Both the position numbers and the translations under genes were made by a program. The notes under the pieces are model-generated. The model saw only the letters and a program-made list of their open reading frames with translations, searched no databases and had not been told where the DNA came from. Below, one piece after another: positions 39,320 to 50,511 of a stretch of DNA of 64,000 nt (the stretch's first letter is position 1; every line of letters starts with the position of its first letter). The stretch comes from Andalucia godoyi And28 (taxonomy: Eukaryota > Protista > Jakobida): positions 165,763 through 229,762 of the forward strand of contig VRVR01000048.1 of the NCBI GenBank assembly GCA_009859145.1, written 5' to 3'.

Positions 39320-40942
39320 ATGGCAGCGGAACCAGATAGAGTAGCGTCCAAGCACGTTCGATATCCGAATTCTGATGTTCCCTTTATATACTGGCGCGGA
39401 GTGTCGCAGACGAGGTATGTGAACCGCAACGACATTTTGTTTAATCGACCTGGGACGTTTATTCTGAAGCTGAAGGATCCGTACGGGCAGTATCAGACGC
39501 GGATGGTGTATGAAGGCGGTGTGAAGGTATGGGAGGCTGGCGGCCGGTGGGTGTTCCGGCAGCAGCAGGCAGTTCGTGAGGGGACGTGGAAGGACTCGTT
39601 GCGGAATGCAGAACTGTTCATGACAAGTGGTGGGACCGAGGGGAACGCTGCTACTGGTGAGCGACTGTACTTCTTATCGCAAATCATGGTTCCTCATGGA
39701 CAGGGGGTGCTGAAGAGGGCGGACGGGAGTGTGGTGTACGAGGGTTCCTGGAAAGACGGCAATCGCGATGGGTCTGGAGACGGGGAGTACGAGGACGGGA
39801 GGTACTTTGGGGAGTGGAGTGGGGGGTCCAAGGACGGAGACGGGGTGTATACTGCGCGGACGGGGGAGACAGTGTCGGGTAAGTGGGTGGAGGACTTGGT
39901 GTTTGATGCACAGGGGACCTTGCGGAAGAAGGACGGCGAAGTCTGGAAAGGCGAGTGGAGGTCTGCGTACTTTAAAGGTATTGTCGTGTATGCTTCCGGA
40001 GACAAGTACGAAGGCGAGGTGACGCCCCCGCGATGGATTCACGCTGCATCGGGTTTGCAAGCAAGTCCAAATGCTATTGGACTGGGTGCGGCTGGACAGA
40101 GTGCAGGGAGTGGAAACTCTGCGGCTGCGCTGGTTCTTTTGCAACAGCAGATCCAGGGTCTGCAACTGAGCGCGCTGAACAATGCGGCAAGCGGCTCTGG
40201 TGGCGGTGCAGGTGGGTCTTCGCAGAGTGCCGTGATTACTCAGGCCATGAGCGGCGGGCTGAATCCGTCCGAGGATGAATCAGAGTTGTTGCAGATGACT
40301 CGGTCGATTTGGGACCGGGTCTTGATTCCAGGGTCGCGGCAAGGGCCTGGAAAGGAGACGCTTGTGACGGGAGGAACATATGTTGGGTACTGGCAAGACG
40401 GGAAGCGTCATGGGTTTGGCACATTCCAGTGGCCCGATAAGAACACCGACCAGCTGTTCTACAGCTTCGGCAACCTGCTGCACATGCGGTCCGCAGCATA
40501 TGCGGGTGGAGGAAGTGGTGGAGGCGCATCATCAGGACCAGGATCAGGGGCTGGAGACTCCGGGGTGAACTCGGCGACGGTCGATGTCCTGTCGAGAGAA
40601 ATGGAGGTGTTGCGGGCCGAGAAGAAGCACTATGCAGAGGAGGCACAGTCGATGATGTCGAAGCACCGTGAGAATCTGGAGCGCATGGCTGCGCTTGAGC
40701 GGGATCTGTTGGTGATGCAGGCGGAAAGAGACACGCTTCGAAAACAGCTCGATGAAGAAACGACAAAGAGATCCTCGGAAGAGCACAGACGAAAGGCTGC
40801 CGAGGTGTTTATTGAGCGGCTCGATGAGGAAATGAAGAATCTCCAGCAGGTGCAGCAGCGACGAATCCAGGCGCGGCTGGACGAAGCCAGACGAAGCATG
40901 GACCTCTCCAACGGCTCGAGTTATTCGTTCCAGCCCGACTAG
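39320..40942 (+). CDS. MORN-repeat protein with C-terminal coiled coil
   Basis: YEGSWKDGNRDGSG, YFGEWSGGSKDGDG, YVGYWQDGKRHGFG repeats; ATG 39320. Confidence 0.85.
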   Translation: MAAEPDRVASKHVRYPNSDVPFIYWRGVSQTRYVNRNDILFNRPGTFILKLKDPYGQYQTRMVYEGGVKVWEAGGRWVFRQQQAVREGTWKDSLRNAELFMTSGGTEGNAATGERLYFLSQIMVPHGQGVLKRADGSVVYEGSWKDGNRDGSGDGEYEDGRYFGEWSGGSKDGDGVYTARTGETVSGKWVEDLVFDAQGTLRKKDGEVWKGEWRSAYFKGIVVYASGDKYEGEVTPPRWIHAASGLQASPNAIGLGAAGQSAGSGNSAAALVLLQQQIQGLQLSALNNAASGSGGGAGGSSQSAVITQAMSGGLNPSEDESELLQMTRSIWDRVLIPGSRQGPGKETLVTGGTYVGYWQDGKRHGFGTFQWPDKNTDQLFYSFGNLLHMRSAAYAGGGSGGGASSGPGSGAGDSGVNSATVDVLSREMEVLRAEKKHYAEEAQSMMSKHRENLERMAALERDLLVMQAERDTLRKQLDEETTKRSSEEHRRKAAEVFIERLDEEMKNLQQVQQRRIQARLDEARRSMDLSNGSSYSFQPD

Positions 40943-41188
40943 CCGTGACTGCAGGAGTTTGTGTGTGCAATATGCTAACTTTCCCGGTAAAGCGATGAAT
41001 TAATATATTGTTAAAAAGGGGCTTCCAGAACCGCCTAGGCATCTGATTGAACGGTAATCAGTCGGATGGTGTGTGCTGTCGTGCATGAAAGCGACTAACC
41101 TCGTCAGAAAACACAGAGTCATAGAACGAAGCCTTGCGTGGAAAACGAAAAGGGAAGATTCTGATAGGTGGTTTTCATCTGCGGCTTG

Positions 41189-41224
41189 TCGGCATCGGCA
41201 TCGGCATCGGCATCGGCATCGGCA
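41189..41224. repeat. (TCGGCA)x6 hexamer repeat
   Basis: Exact repeats visible. Confidence 0.9.
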
Positions 41225-41454
41225 ATGTGTGAAGGAAGAAAGAAATAAGCCAAGATAGATAAATAAAATCAAAGAATCAAAGAATCAAAGAATCGAAGAA
41301 TCAAAGAAGGAAAAAAGGCGGAGTTTTTTTAAAATGTGGGAGCGGGAATTTAATCCGAAAAAGGAATTGTTGTTTGGGAAAGAATACTGGCTTGATGCTA
41401 GCTGTCTCAAAACCGACAAGAGTGGGTTAGTGGGACGAGAACGTGTGCACTTTT

Positions 41455-41562
41455 ATTATCATCGTAATAATTGTGATAATTACAATAATTACAGTTATAA
41501 CAGTTATTACAGTTATTACTACTACCATTATTATAGTAATTATAGTAATTATTATTATTATT
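41455..41562. repeat. Degenerate AT-rich (TTA/TAA)-based low-complexity tract
   Basis: Includes near-tandem TACAGTTAT units. Confidence 0.75.
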
Positions 41563-41623
41563 AAAAAGAAGAGACCAGGCTGCGTGAAGAACGTTGAGTG
41601 AGTGTCGTTTTTTTCAAAGAGCG

Positions 41624-44600
41624 ATGGCGGCCAAGGATCGTGCAAAGGAGATGTGGGAGCAGCTCAAACGTCGCGAACAGTCCAAAGTCACGCAAGTCGG
41701 CCAGATTTACCAGAGCCAACGAGCTGCGACGAGCACGGTTTCATCCAACGCAATCGCCGCCTCGTCTTCGATTCATGAGAGTGCTATGGGGGATGAGCGG
41801 AATGCAGCAGCTGCAGCAGGTGTGGCGGATGATCCTGCAATGCACATTTCGGATTTTGGAGAAGTGGTCAAGTACATCGCACGCGATATCAACTGCTTTA
41901 CGGACGCGGATCGAGCGAAGCGACGGGCTTCGCTGCAGAGAGTGCATGATGTGCTGGATGCTTCGCGCAATCCGAACTTTGCAAGCTGGTCTGCGGGCCA
42001 GGTGTCCGCTCACTTTTTGGAGCGTCTTCTGAAGCCGACGCTGGAGGCTCTGCAAGATACCGTTGAGAAATGCAGAGAGCTTGCTGTGGGAATTCTTGCC
42101 TCGTACGTGCAAAGTGCGTTAGTTGGGCTCATTCGGTCCGACGATCCGTCCGCGTCGTTTGCGTTTCAAAAGGTTCTCTCGTATATGGTTCCTGTGTTTC
42201 TCTCGAGGCTGGGGTCCATTGGAGCTTCCGGGGACTGCGATGCACAGGAGACTTCGGAAGAAGTGCGAGTGAAGTTGCTTGCTGTTTTTGTTGGACTGGT
42301 CGATGTTGCGGACCAGGAATCGCTCAAGTCGCACATGGATGAGATCAGCTCGATTTTGAGGCACTGCATGCAGTCTGACCCGTTTCCGGAGATCAAGCTG
42401 CAGGGCTGCATGGCACTTGAGAATTTCGCTCACAGAATCGGATCTGCGAATTTTACGCTGATTGCTGCCACGATTGTCCCGTCCCTTCAGTCCTGTGTGT
42501 CCCATTCGCATTCCAAGGTTCGCGTGCAGGCCGTGAAGGCAATCGGCTGTGTCATCCGACTGGGATTGAAGTACAATGTTGAGCCGTGGGAACAGTCAAT
42601 TCGGTCGATGGTCCGATCGGCACAGCTGGACAAGACACTGAGTGTTCGGAGCGAGCTGGTTGTGCAGTGCGGACTTATTCTGGAGGAATGCGTGGATTGG
42701 GAGTATTTGCTGCTTCCGTTCCTGCTCTTCGGCGTGGAATTCGGAGAATCGGCGTGCGAACGCTGTGCACAGATTTTGGATGCTCTTGGCGAGCGATGGG
42801 TTCGCTTCAATGAAAAGGAAGTGGATGACATCTTGCGCTATCGCCCGGCCGATGCCGATCCGCAGCAATGTGCTTTCTTGTATGAGCGAGAACCACGTCT
42901 TGCACTCAGTGTCGGGGCGCACCCCGTATCTGTTCGACCACCGATTGGCTCCCGATCATTGGTGCAGCAGCATTTCCGCAAGTTCTACAAAGGGTTGCTT
43001 GCAGATGTTGAGGACTGGACCGCTGAGCGCAGAGTGGCGGCACTCCGAACCCTGGCAGTGTGCTCTCTGTTCATTGAGGATCACGCCACGGAATTCCTGG
43101 AGGCGATTCTCCCGGTGCTGTCTCGCTCAATTCTGGATGGAGACCAGGTAGTACGGTCTCTTGTGGAACTGATTTGCAGACGTCTCGGCTTTTTTGTGCC
43201 ACCGCGCGTGTATCTTGGCATCCTGGCACCGCGACTTCCGATGCATGCCAACACGTCTTCCGTGTCATCGCAGTATGCAGCCATTGCGCTTGGCGACATT
43301 CTCAATTCGTCGTCCTCCGTCTCCCACGTCGCTTCGTCGGGTTCCTCGATTCTTGTGTCGTACGTCACGCTGATTCGGTTCTGCCTATCGGGTACGTCTC
43401 CCCATCACATCTTGTGCCCGGACCATTCGTCGCTTGATCAGCTCATGAGCGCGTTGGCGCTTCCGGATGTTTGTCGAAGCACCGATTCTCAAGTGCTGTC
43501 CTCATTCGCCGACCTTCTGGCGTACTTGGCCTCTAGAGATGAAGTTCGCAGCGTCTTGCTGTCCGTGTTTCATTCGACTGTTGCACCGTGTATTGTCTGG
43601 TTGTTGTACCGTTCCGAAAAACTGGCCGTCCCCATTTTGCAAGCATTGCATATGGAACTTTCAGAATATCTGGAGCGCAACGTTGAAGTGCTCTATGATC
43701 ATGTCTTTCGGATGCTAGCTACTTCCTCTGTCTCCCATATCGCATCAGAAATGCACATGTTTGAGGCCTTTGTTCGCAATCTTCACGGCGCTGTGATTAT
43801 TCGCTTGTGGCCTCGGGTTGTTGACGGATCCATCATGACGATTTTGTCGCAAACAAGCGAGCGAGGATCTCCAAAGTTTGAACCTCGTTTGGCGACGATT
43901 TTTATGGGACTTATGCGCAGGTGCTTCTCTGCGCTCGTCGAGGTTACGTCGTCGCATGCAGATGCAGTGCGCGAGATTCTGTCCTCGCGTCTTTTATCGT
44001 ACTGCAAAACGTTTGTTTTCCCGAATTGTTTCTGGAGACCTGGAGGTGCACCGTCCACTGCATTGCGACGTGAGGCCGTCGCCGTGTTGTCGGTGGTTGT
44101 ACAGCACTTCTTGCTGGCCGATCAAGAAGTGTTCAAGACGCTGATCCCGGATATGATATCGGTTCTCGTGAGTGTCCTGGACGATGATGAAGACGACCTG
44201 CGTAAGGTGGGTACTGATGCGCTTTGGTTTTTCTTCCAGGCCGTGCTTGTGCTCGAGCCGTTCCAGAAATCCTTCTCAACAGTCAAGGAGGGACTGAACA
44301 GACTCGAGTACGAGCAGCATCGTTCCCTGTTCGAAGCCCTGCTGAAGCGACTGGACGACCCCTCGAATGCCACCCGAATTTCTCTCTGTGCCGGGTTCAT
44401 TCCCTACCTGGACGTTTTGCTGCAGGAGAATGACACTGCGCGAATTTGGTTGGAGACCATTGTGGACACGTTGCTCATTCATCTCGACGACCCAGACCAC
44501 GAGGTGCAGCAAGCCGTGCTCCCGGTGCTGAGGCGCCTTGCCGTGTCAGAGCCAGATCTGGTAGCTGCGCGTGCTCGCGAAGCCCGCAGCAAGCATCGCT

Positions 44601-44656
44601 CTCCGATGTATCTTGATCAGATCATTCCTGACGGACGACAGCTTTCTCTTTCATAA
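41624..44656 (+). CDS. DNAAF5: Dynein axonemal assembly factor 5 (HEATR2)
   Basis: HEAT-repeat protein with D.DRAKRRASL, D.VEKCRELA, E.SEEVR..L, DPFPEIK..GC, HSHSKVRV and C-terminal KRLDD...R, IHLDDPD..VQ.AV motifs. Confidence 0.85.
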   Translation: MAAKDRAKEMWEQLKRREQSKVTQVGQIYQSQRAATSTVSSNAIAASSSIHESAMGDERNAAAAAGVADDPAMHISDFGEVVKYIARDINCFTDADRAKRRASLQRVHDVLDASRNPNFASWSAGQVSAHFLERLLKPTLEALQDTVEKCRELAVGILASYVQSALVGLIRSDDPSASFAFQKVLSYMVPVFLSRLGSIGASGDCDAQETSEEVRVKLLAVFVGLVDVADQESLKSHMDEISSILRHCMQSDPFPEIKLQGCMALENFAHRIGSANFTLIAATIVPSLQSCVSHSHSKVRVQAVKAIGCVIRLGLKYNVEPWEQSIRSMVRSAQLDKTLSVRSELVVQCGLILEECVDWEYLLLPFLLFGVEFGESACERCAQILDALGERWVRFNEKEVDDILRYRPADADPQQCAFLYEREPRLALSVGAHPVSVRPPIGSRSLVQQHFRKFYKGLLADVEDWTAERRVAALRTLAVCSLFIEDHATEFLEAILPVLSRSILDGDQVVRSLVELICRRLGFFVPPRVYLGILAPRLPMHANTSSVSSQYAAIALGDILNSSSSVSHVASSGSSILVSYVTLIRFCLSGTSPHHILCPDHSSLDQLMSALALPDVCRSTDSQVLSSFADLLAYLASRDEVRSVLLSVFHSTVAPCIVWLLYRSEKLAVPILQALHMELSEYLERNVEVLYDHVFRMLATSSVSHIASEMHMFEAFVRNLHGAVIIRLWPRVVDGSIMTILSQTSERGSPKFEPRLATIFMGLMRRCFSALVEVTSSHADAVREILSSRLLSYCKTFVFPNCFWRPGGAPSTALRREAVAVLSVVVQHFLLADQEVFKTLIPDMISVLVSVLDDDEDDLRKVGTDALWFFFQAVLVLEPFQKSFSTVKEGLNRLEYEQHRSLFEALLKRLDDPSNATRISLCAGFIPYLDVLLQENDTARIWLETIVDTLLIHLDDPDHEVQQAVLPVLRRLAVSEPDLVAARAREARSKHRSPMYLDQIIPDGRQLSLS

Positions 44657-44864
44657 CTCTTCTTTCTTCTTGCAGTGCAACTTTTTGCATGGTGATGATG
44701 GCGATCACACGATAGAAAGCAGCAGAAACGGAAAAGAAAAGAAAAACAAACGGCCAAACAACCAAACAACCAAACCCCGTAAAAGAAATACTAAAAAATT
44801 AGTTCCGTCGTTAAAAAGCATACGAATGCCTGTAATCGTGGTCCTTGCGTTATTTACATGTTGA

Positions 44865-45785
44865 TTACCGCTTTGCGCCTTCCTTCTCCTTCTCCCGTTC
44901 CCGTTCCTTCACTCGTTCAAATTCGGCACGTTTTCGTTCGATCGCAGCGTCGACGATGTTCTCTGCAAACTCGGGTTTGAGCAGATCGCTGAAGCTGTCC
45001 TGTGCTGCTCGTTCCGCATTCAACGGGAATGTTTCAAAAAACACCAGCTGCCACTTGTCGACGTCTGGATGTTTTGTGAGGGTGACGCCGGGGGGCACGC
45101 GGTCCGATGCTGGCTTTGGCACTCCAATCTCCTTGAGATTATCTGTTCCAGCAGGAACAACGATGAGCTTCGAGTGGTCTGTCTGCATGAGCTCCGATCC
45201 CTTGCCCTCCTGCGTCGGGAAGAAGTTCGCGTTCAGAAACGACCGGAACTTGGAGTGCGTTGTCGGCTCCTGCGACGCATAAATGAGGGAACCATTGAAG
45301 TGCAGCGCTACGAAGCGCAGCGCACGCGACACGATGCGCCGTTCTTCCGACTCTGCATTTGCAAACAAGTCATATTTGTTCGCGATGAACACAATTGGTG
45401 CTCTCTGCCGAACCAGGGTTCCCCAGTACAATGCTTCTGAAAACGCTTCTGCGACACTCGACAAGTCGAGCACGACGCACACGACAAGTCCTTCTTGCAG
45501 CCGCTGCTTCGTCATGACAACGTCGACGAGCTGCGCCATTGCTCGCCCCCCGCCAATTTCAAAAAAGTGCACCGTTTGCGATCCGCCTGCTGCACCTTCC
45601 TTTTTGCCGTACGTGTAGTCCAACCCAAGCGAGGGCCGCGGCTTCTCGTCCGTCTTCTTCATAAACCGGTTGACGACCGTCGACTTGCCACCGCTCCGAG
45701 GCCCCACAAGCAGCGCACTCACTTCATATGACGGTGCCCCATGCCGCGCTGGAAGCTCAGACGCCAACTGCCACAAATCCTTCAT
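44865..45785 (-). CDS. DYNC2LI1: Cytoplasmic dynein-2 light intermediate chain
   Basis: MKDLWQLA start, GPRSGGKST P-loop, KP.LGLDYTY, HFFEIGGG, VVLDLS, IFIANKYD-like motif, R..SRALRFVA. Confidence 0.9.
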   Translation of the reverse strand: MKDLWQLASELPARHGAPSYEVSALLVGPRSGGKSTVVNRFMKKTDEKPRPSLGLDYTYGKKEGAAGGSQTVHFFEIGGGRAMAQLVDVVMTKQRLQEGLVVCVVLDLSSVAEAFSEALYWGTLVRQRAPIVFIANKYDLFANAESEERRIVSRALRFVALHFNGSLIYASQEPTTHSKFRSFLNANFFPTQEGKGSELMQTDHSKLIVVPAGTDNLKEIGVPKPASDRVPPGVTLTKHPDVDKWQLVFFETFPLNAERAAQDSFSDLLKPEFAENIVDAAIERKRAEFERVKEREREKEKEGAKR

Positions 45786-46134
45786 TTCGTTCTGAACCCT
45801 GAACCCCCGATCCCAGAACACGAAACACCCAACACCCAATACGCAATACGGAATACGGAATACGGAATCCAAACGAAGCGCAATAGAAGAGCAAAAAACC
45901 ACGTTTTCATATCCAGGAAAAAAAGATCCGGCACACATTCTTATTCGTCTCGATTGTCGATTCTGCGAACCAATCGTCAGCGAGGGGTTTCCATGTTTTT
46001 ATCTTGAACAGCAAAGGGCCGCACAGCATTCGTGTGTGGATGTGTGTGTTTATATTATGTATGTTGATTTTTACCGAACATCGATTGCTGACCAGCGAGA
46101 GTACGGGAAGCCAAAAAAGAGTCGGCGATAGAGA

Positions 46135-46848
46135 ATGGTGCGATCGAGTATATTTCTAGCGGCAGTAGTAGTGGTAGTAGTAGTAGTTGTTTTTGGAGGA
46201 GTGGTAGTTTCTGCGGGACGGGTGGAAAGTGCGTCTGTGTCTGAGAGTTCGTTGTATCGACTTTCGCTGAGTGGAAAAGTGTACGGAATTGACGCGACTT
46301 CTGCGATGTCGGCTGCAGCGCATCTTCCTGAGCAGGTGACGCTTCTTCTTGAATCTGGATCGTTTGTCCGCGAGTTTGTGGTTTTGAAAGACGGGTCGTT
46401 TTCGGTCCAGCTGGATGTACCGCTCGAGATGCAGCTTTCGCTGACGGTGTCTTGTGCGCATCAACTGTACGCCGAGTATCAGATTACGGTGCCAGAGCAT
46501 CCGTCCAAGAGTCCGCGGGTTGTCGAGTTTGCAATGGGCGAAAAGCGACTTGTCAAGAGCACCAGCATGCATATCCAGCCATTGATGGAAGCGGTTGCGG
46601 CGCGCAGCAGGTTCTTTGAAGTGAAGGAGGCCTTTGACTGGCGAAGCGTGCTGATGAACCCAATGACCATGGTCCTCGGAATGACAATGCTCATGATGTA
46701 CATGATGAAGAACATGGATCCTGCGGCACTCAAGGAGGCGCAGACGGCCATCCGCGACATTCAAAGTGGCGGACAGACACAGACGCCTCCGCAACCAGCC
46801 GCCATTCCAGACACCGCGACCAAGCACAAGCAGAAACGACATCACTAG
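46135..46848 (+). CDS. EMC7: ER membrane protein complex subunit 7
   Basis: Signal peptide, DGSFSV beta-sandwich, FFEVKEAFDW..VLMNPM TM motif, MDP...KE. Confidence 0.85.
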   Translation: MVRSSIFLAAVVVVVVVVVFGGVVVSAGRVESASVSESSLYRLSLSGKVYGIDATSAMSAAAHLPEQVTLLLESGSFVREFVVLKDGSFSVQLDVPLEMQLSLTVSCAHQLYAEYQITVPEHPSKSPRVVEFAMGEKRLVKSTSMHIQPLMEAVAARSRFFEVKEAFDWRSVLMNPMTMVLGMTMLMMYMMKNMDPAALKEAQTAIRDIQSGGQTQTPPQPAAIPDTATKHKQKRHH

Positions 46849-47043
46849 CACGTAAAACAAACATACTAGACGTTCAGGCTTGAAAATGGTTTATGAATGA
46901 AGATTAAAAATAAAGAGAGAAAGTAGGGAAGAGGAGTGAGGGGTGAGGGGAGAGGGGAGAGGGAAGAGGAAAGAGGAAGGAAGGAAGGAAGCGTCCGTGG
47001 TCATTTTTACCTGCCCAAGTGATGTATGTACAGATTAGGCAGA

Positions 47044-47733
47044 TTAAGAAGACATGGGAACACGCTCGCGCTCACGCTCGCGCTTGTTTTCCTTTGGCGG
47101 TTCGTCGGACTCACCATGCTCGGCGTCGTCCAGACGGTCCGTGTCCGGCTTCGGAAGATCCTTCTGGGGAACCGACACGGTGTCGAGCTTGGTGCCCAGC
47201 AAGTCTCTTTGTAAGCTCGCGAGTTCTTCGTTGACCTGTTCGTTCTGCTCGGGATCCAGGTCCTCGGCAAGCTGCTCGGCAAGCTGTTTCTGGTACGAGA
47301 TCGCATCTGCAGTCTCCTCATTCAGCATGTCGACCTTCTCGAGACTGATTTCGGACTGGAGCTGCTTGAGCATACCTGCTCCAATCTTGAGACCTTCAAA
47401 CACGCTCTGCTCTACAAGCGCAAACTCCACCGACGCAATCATCTGCTCAACATTCACAAGCTGTGCATCGGCCTTGTCCAGCAACCCCTCTTGGAACTTC
47501 TTCTTGCGAATCACGAGCATCGCTCTCGACTTGGACGTCTCGGTGCGCTGTGCAAGCAGGTTTCGCGCAATGTCAACTTCTTTGCGGATCGAAATCTCCA
47601 GCTTCTTCGAATACTGAACAAGCTTGTCTCGCTGGATCTTCAAGTCCAGCACCGCTCGATCATGCGCTGTGATCCTGTCTTCCTGCGGCGGCTTCTCAGA
47701 GTGCCCCGTGTGTTTTGAAAAGAAAAATCCCAT
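47044..47733 (-). CDS. VPS20: ESCRT-III subunit Vps20/CHMP6
   Basis: MG start, ITAHDRAVLDLKIQRDKL, IRKKKFQEGLL.K...QL.NVEQMI..VEFA. Confidence 0.93.
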   Translation of the reverse strand: MGFFFSKHTGHSEKPPQEDRITAHDRAVLDLKIQRDKLVQYSKKLEISIRKEVDIARNLLAQRTETSKSRAMLVIRKKKFQEGLLDKADAQLVNVEQMIASVEFALVEQSVFEGLKIGAGMLKQLQSEISLEKVDMLNEETADAISYQKQLAEQLAEDLDPEQNEQVNEELASLQRDLLGTKLDTVSVPQKDLPKPDTDRLDDAEHGESDEPPKENKRERERERVPMSS

Positions 47734-48032
47734 CCCTCTCCTGCCTGTGTGTACTGTGCACCTTTCTGTATGTATAACTGTATAACTGTATCGATGGATG
47801 GATGGGTACGTGTACGTGAAGCCTTTGCTTGTTCTTTCCATACGCCGCTGTCCTTTCGTCGTCGAGAACATGGGTTTACTGGTACAACAAACCTCCGACA
47901 AGGAAATTGGAAAGGGTCCTTGCTGTAGCATCACGTGATGCCAACAAGCCGTGGAGAAAACGTTTCAGTCGACTTGCTTCGCGGAAATGGTTGCTATTAT
48001 GTATTTCGCTTTGGCTTTCTTATTTTGTTTTC

Positions 48033-48033
<1 letters not shown>

Positions 48034-48063
<30 letters not shown>

Positions 48064-48083
48064 ATTATTATTATTATTATTAT
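48034..48083. repeat. (TGT)n(TAT)n microsatellite
   Basis: Visible directly in the divergent intergenic region. Confidence 0.9.
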
Positions 48084-48121
48084 TTGGGGTTGCTGGTTGT
48101 TGACAGAAAGACGCTGTGAAG

Positions 48122-49294
48122 ATGTCTGATAATAGCGAGGCAGCAGTAGCTAGTGCATCATGCTCTGGGTGTGTACCCGCAGCTGGGGAATCTGAGACAG
48201 TGGCGGCAGTGGCAAAGTCTCTTGCGGATGTGACGATCAACGGTCTGTCGTACGAAGAGCGAGTTGCACTTGCATTGTCGGTGGGCGAGGAGTGCATCCA
48301 GGAGCAAGAACTGAGGGCGCTGTTCGCGAAAAAGGAGAATCCGAGATGCTACGATGGGTTTGAACCGTCTGGACGAATCCATATTGCGCAGGGCGTGCAA
48401 AAGGCAATCAATGTGAACAAGCTGACCAAGGCCGGATGTGTGTTCACGTTCTGGGTTGCAGACTGGTTTGCGCTGATGAACGACAAGATGGGCGGGGATC
48501 TCAAGAAGATCCAGGTTGTTGGAAAGTACATGATTGAAGTGTGGAAGGCCGTTGGTATGGATATGAGCCGCGTGGAGTTCAAGTGGTCGTCGGACGAAAT
48601 CAATTCGAGAGCCGGGGAGTACTGGCCACAAGTCATTGACATTGCACGGAAAAACACAATTTCACGTGTGAAGAGATGCGGCCAGATCATGGGCCGGGCG
48701 GAGTCGGACGACATGTCTGCCGCGCAAATCTTGTATCCATGCATGCAATGCGCGGACATCTTTTTCCTGAAGGCCGACATTTGCCAGCTGGGAATGGACC
48801 AGCGCAAAGTGAACATGCTTGCTCGTGAATACGCAGAGGAAAAGAAGATGAAGTTCAGACCAATCGTTTTGTCGCACCACATGCTCCCGGGACTGAAGCA
48901 GGGCCAAGAAAAGATGAGCAAGTCAGATCCCGAGTCTGCAATCTTTATGGAAGATTCGGAAATCGATGTCCGTACAAAGATCAAGAAGGCATACTGCCCG
49001 GAGAAGCAGATCGAGGGCAATCCGGTTCTGGAATATGTCGAGTATGTCGTCTTGCCATGGCTCAAGTCGTTCAAAGTCGACCGCTCCGAGGCCAATGGAG
49101 GCCCGGTAGAATACACGGACATGGCGACACTGAAGGCGGACTTTGCAGAAGGCAAGCTGCACCCGGCGGATCTCAAGCCGTCCGTCGCCGTCGCCATCAA
49201 CGCCATCTTGCAACCTGTTCGGGACCACTTTGAACAGGATCCAGAAGCCAAGAAGCTTTTGGACCAGGTCAGAAAGTTCAAGGTTACGCGGTAA
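48122..49294 (+). CDS. TYS1: Cytosolic tyrosyl-tRNA synthetase (plant/archaeal-like type)
   Basis: YDGFEPSGRIHIAQG (HIGH-like), YPCMQCADIFFL.ADICQLGMDQRKVNMLAREY, KMSKS. Confidence 0.96.
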   Translation: MSDNSEAAVASASCSGCVPAAGESETVAAVAKSLADVTINGLSYEERVALALSVGEECIQEQELRALFAKKENPRCYDGFEPSGRIHIAQGVQKAINVNKLTKAGCVFTFWVADWFALMNDKMGGDLKKIQVVGKYMIEVWKAVGMDMSRVEFKWSSDEINSRAGEYWPQVIDIARKNTISRVKRCGQIMGRAESDDMSAAQILYPCMQCADIFFLKADICQLGMDQRKVNMLAREYAEEKKMKFRPIVLSHHMLPGLKQGQEKMSKSDPESAIFMEDSEIDVRTKIKKAYCPEKQIEGNPVLEYVEYVVLPWLKSFKVDRSEANGGPVEYTDMATLKADFAEGKLHPADLKPSVAVAINAILQPVRDHFEQDPEAKKLLDQVRKFKVTR

Positions 49295-49446
49295 ACAAAA
49301 GGATCGTTGTGTCCGTAAGATCAGTTTTTCGCGATAAAAGTGGAAAAAAGAGCAACAACAAGAAGGAAAGTAGTGGTGAACGGCAAACTTCTCATTGTCA
49401 CCCCCACCTCCTTCTTTCTGCGCTCCGACTCTCAAGTAGCACATTC

Positions 49447-50445
49447 CTACTGAACCGAGCCAAACGCAGGAGCCGAGTCTCGAACAGTCGTCGATGTTTT
49501 GCTTCCAGGAGGACCCTTCCGACGACCGCTGCGCATCACAAGCACCAACATGATTGTTGGGATGATTTCACAGACCAAATACATGCCAAACGACACGCCA
49601 TACACGACGGTCGGGGATACGTTTGGATTAGAATCAACAAGGAAGAATGCGATGATGAGAATCGCAACTCGCAGCGCTTCCGAGCATCCGCAAATCACAG
49701 CTGTGTTCTGGATCGCCTTCATCTGGGCCTTCCTGCTCGAGGTCATCGTCAGCGTCAGTGCCGCAACTTGCCTGACAAGGGACTTGCCCGCCACGACAAA
49801 TAACACAGCAGACATTGCCGAATATGCAATGACCAGCGACTGGCCGACCGTGTATGTGAGCTGATCGTCACTCACCGCGAAATGCACAATGGTTACCGAC
49901 AGCAAGTAGACAAACAACGAAACGCTGAGATACAGTGTATACAGAGCCCGGCACCGGAATGCAAGTGTCCCAATCCAGCTTTCCGACTGAGATGCCGACG
50001 AGACCGCAGTGTCTGCACCAAAGGCAAGCTGCAGATCCGCGTATCGCTCCGACCAGTAAAACACAAGAATGACCGTTCCGGAGATGAACCCAATGGAGCA
50101 CAGTTGTGCAACAAGAGGCAGCAAAACGCTGGATCGCAAACTCTCTTCCATCATAATAAGGGTCCATTCAACCGCCCTCCCAAGACAGCTAAGCGAGATG
50201 ATGAGATAGAACGTATTCTCCCAACGTGAAGACTTTCTTTCCTCGTTTGCATGGCCGGACAGCGGTGCCGACATCGGAAGCAAGGAAGCGTCTCCCATCG
50301 TTGATGAAAACCCACCAAACGCAAGAGAAAATGAAACACCGTAAGACCGAACAGCCCGAATCCAGTTCACCGTCAGGTAGATAAAGTACAGGAAAAACAC
50401 ACATGGTATCGCAATTACGACGCCCAATTCACCGCTGTTGGGCAT
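49447..50445 (-). CDS. Seven-TM membrane protein (TOM1/GPR137-like)
   Basis: About seven hydrophobic segments; VFYWSERY and YLVCEIIP patterns; ATG 50445. Confidence 0.6.
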   Translation of the reverse strand: MPNSGELGVVIAIPCVFFLYFIYLTVNWIRAVRSYGVSFSLAFGGFSSTMGDASLLPMSAPLSGHANEERKSSRWENTFYLIISLSCLGRAVEWTLIMMEESLRSSVLLPLVAQLCSIGFISGTVILVFYWSERYADLQLAFGADTAVSSASQSESWIGTLAFRCRALYTLYLSVSLFVYLLSVTIVHFAVSDDQLTYTVGQSLVIAYSAMSAVLFVVAGKSLVRQVAALTLTMTSSRKAQMKAIQNTAVICGCSEALRVAILIIAFFLVDSNPNVSPTVVYGVSFGMYLVCEIIPTIMLVLVMRSGRRKGPPGSKTSTTVRDSAPAFGSVQ

Positions 50446-50511
50446 TCGATGAAAATATCGCGCGGACTACAACGTACGCAGCGCGGATTCAAACAAACCC
50501 CCCCTCCCCCA

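Noticed and set aside
48349-49281. 310-aa antisense ORF over TyrRS
   Set aside because: Codon-bias shadow of a highly conserved gene.
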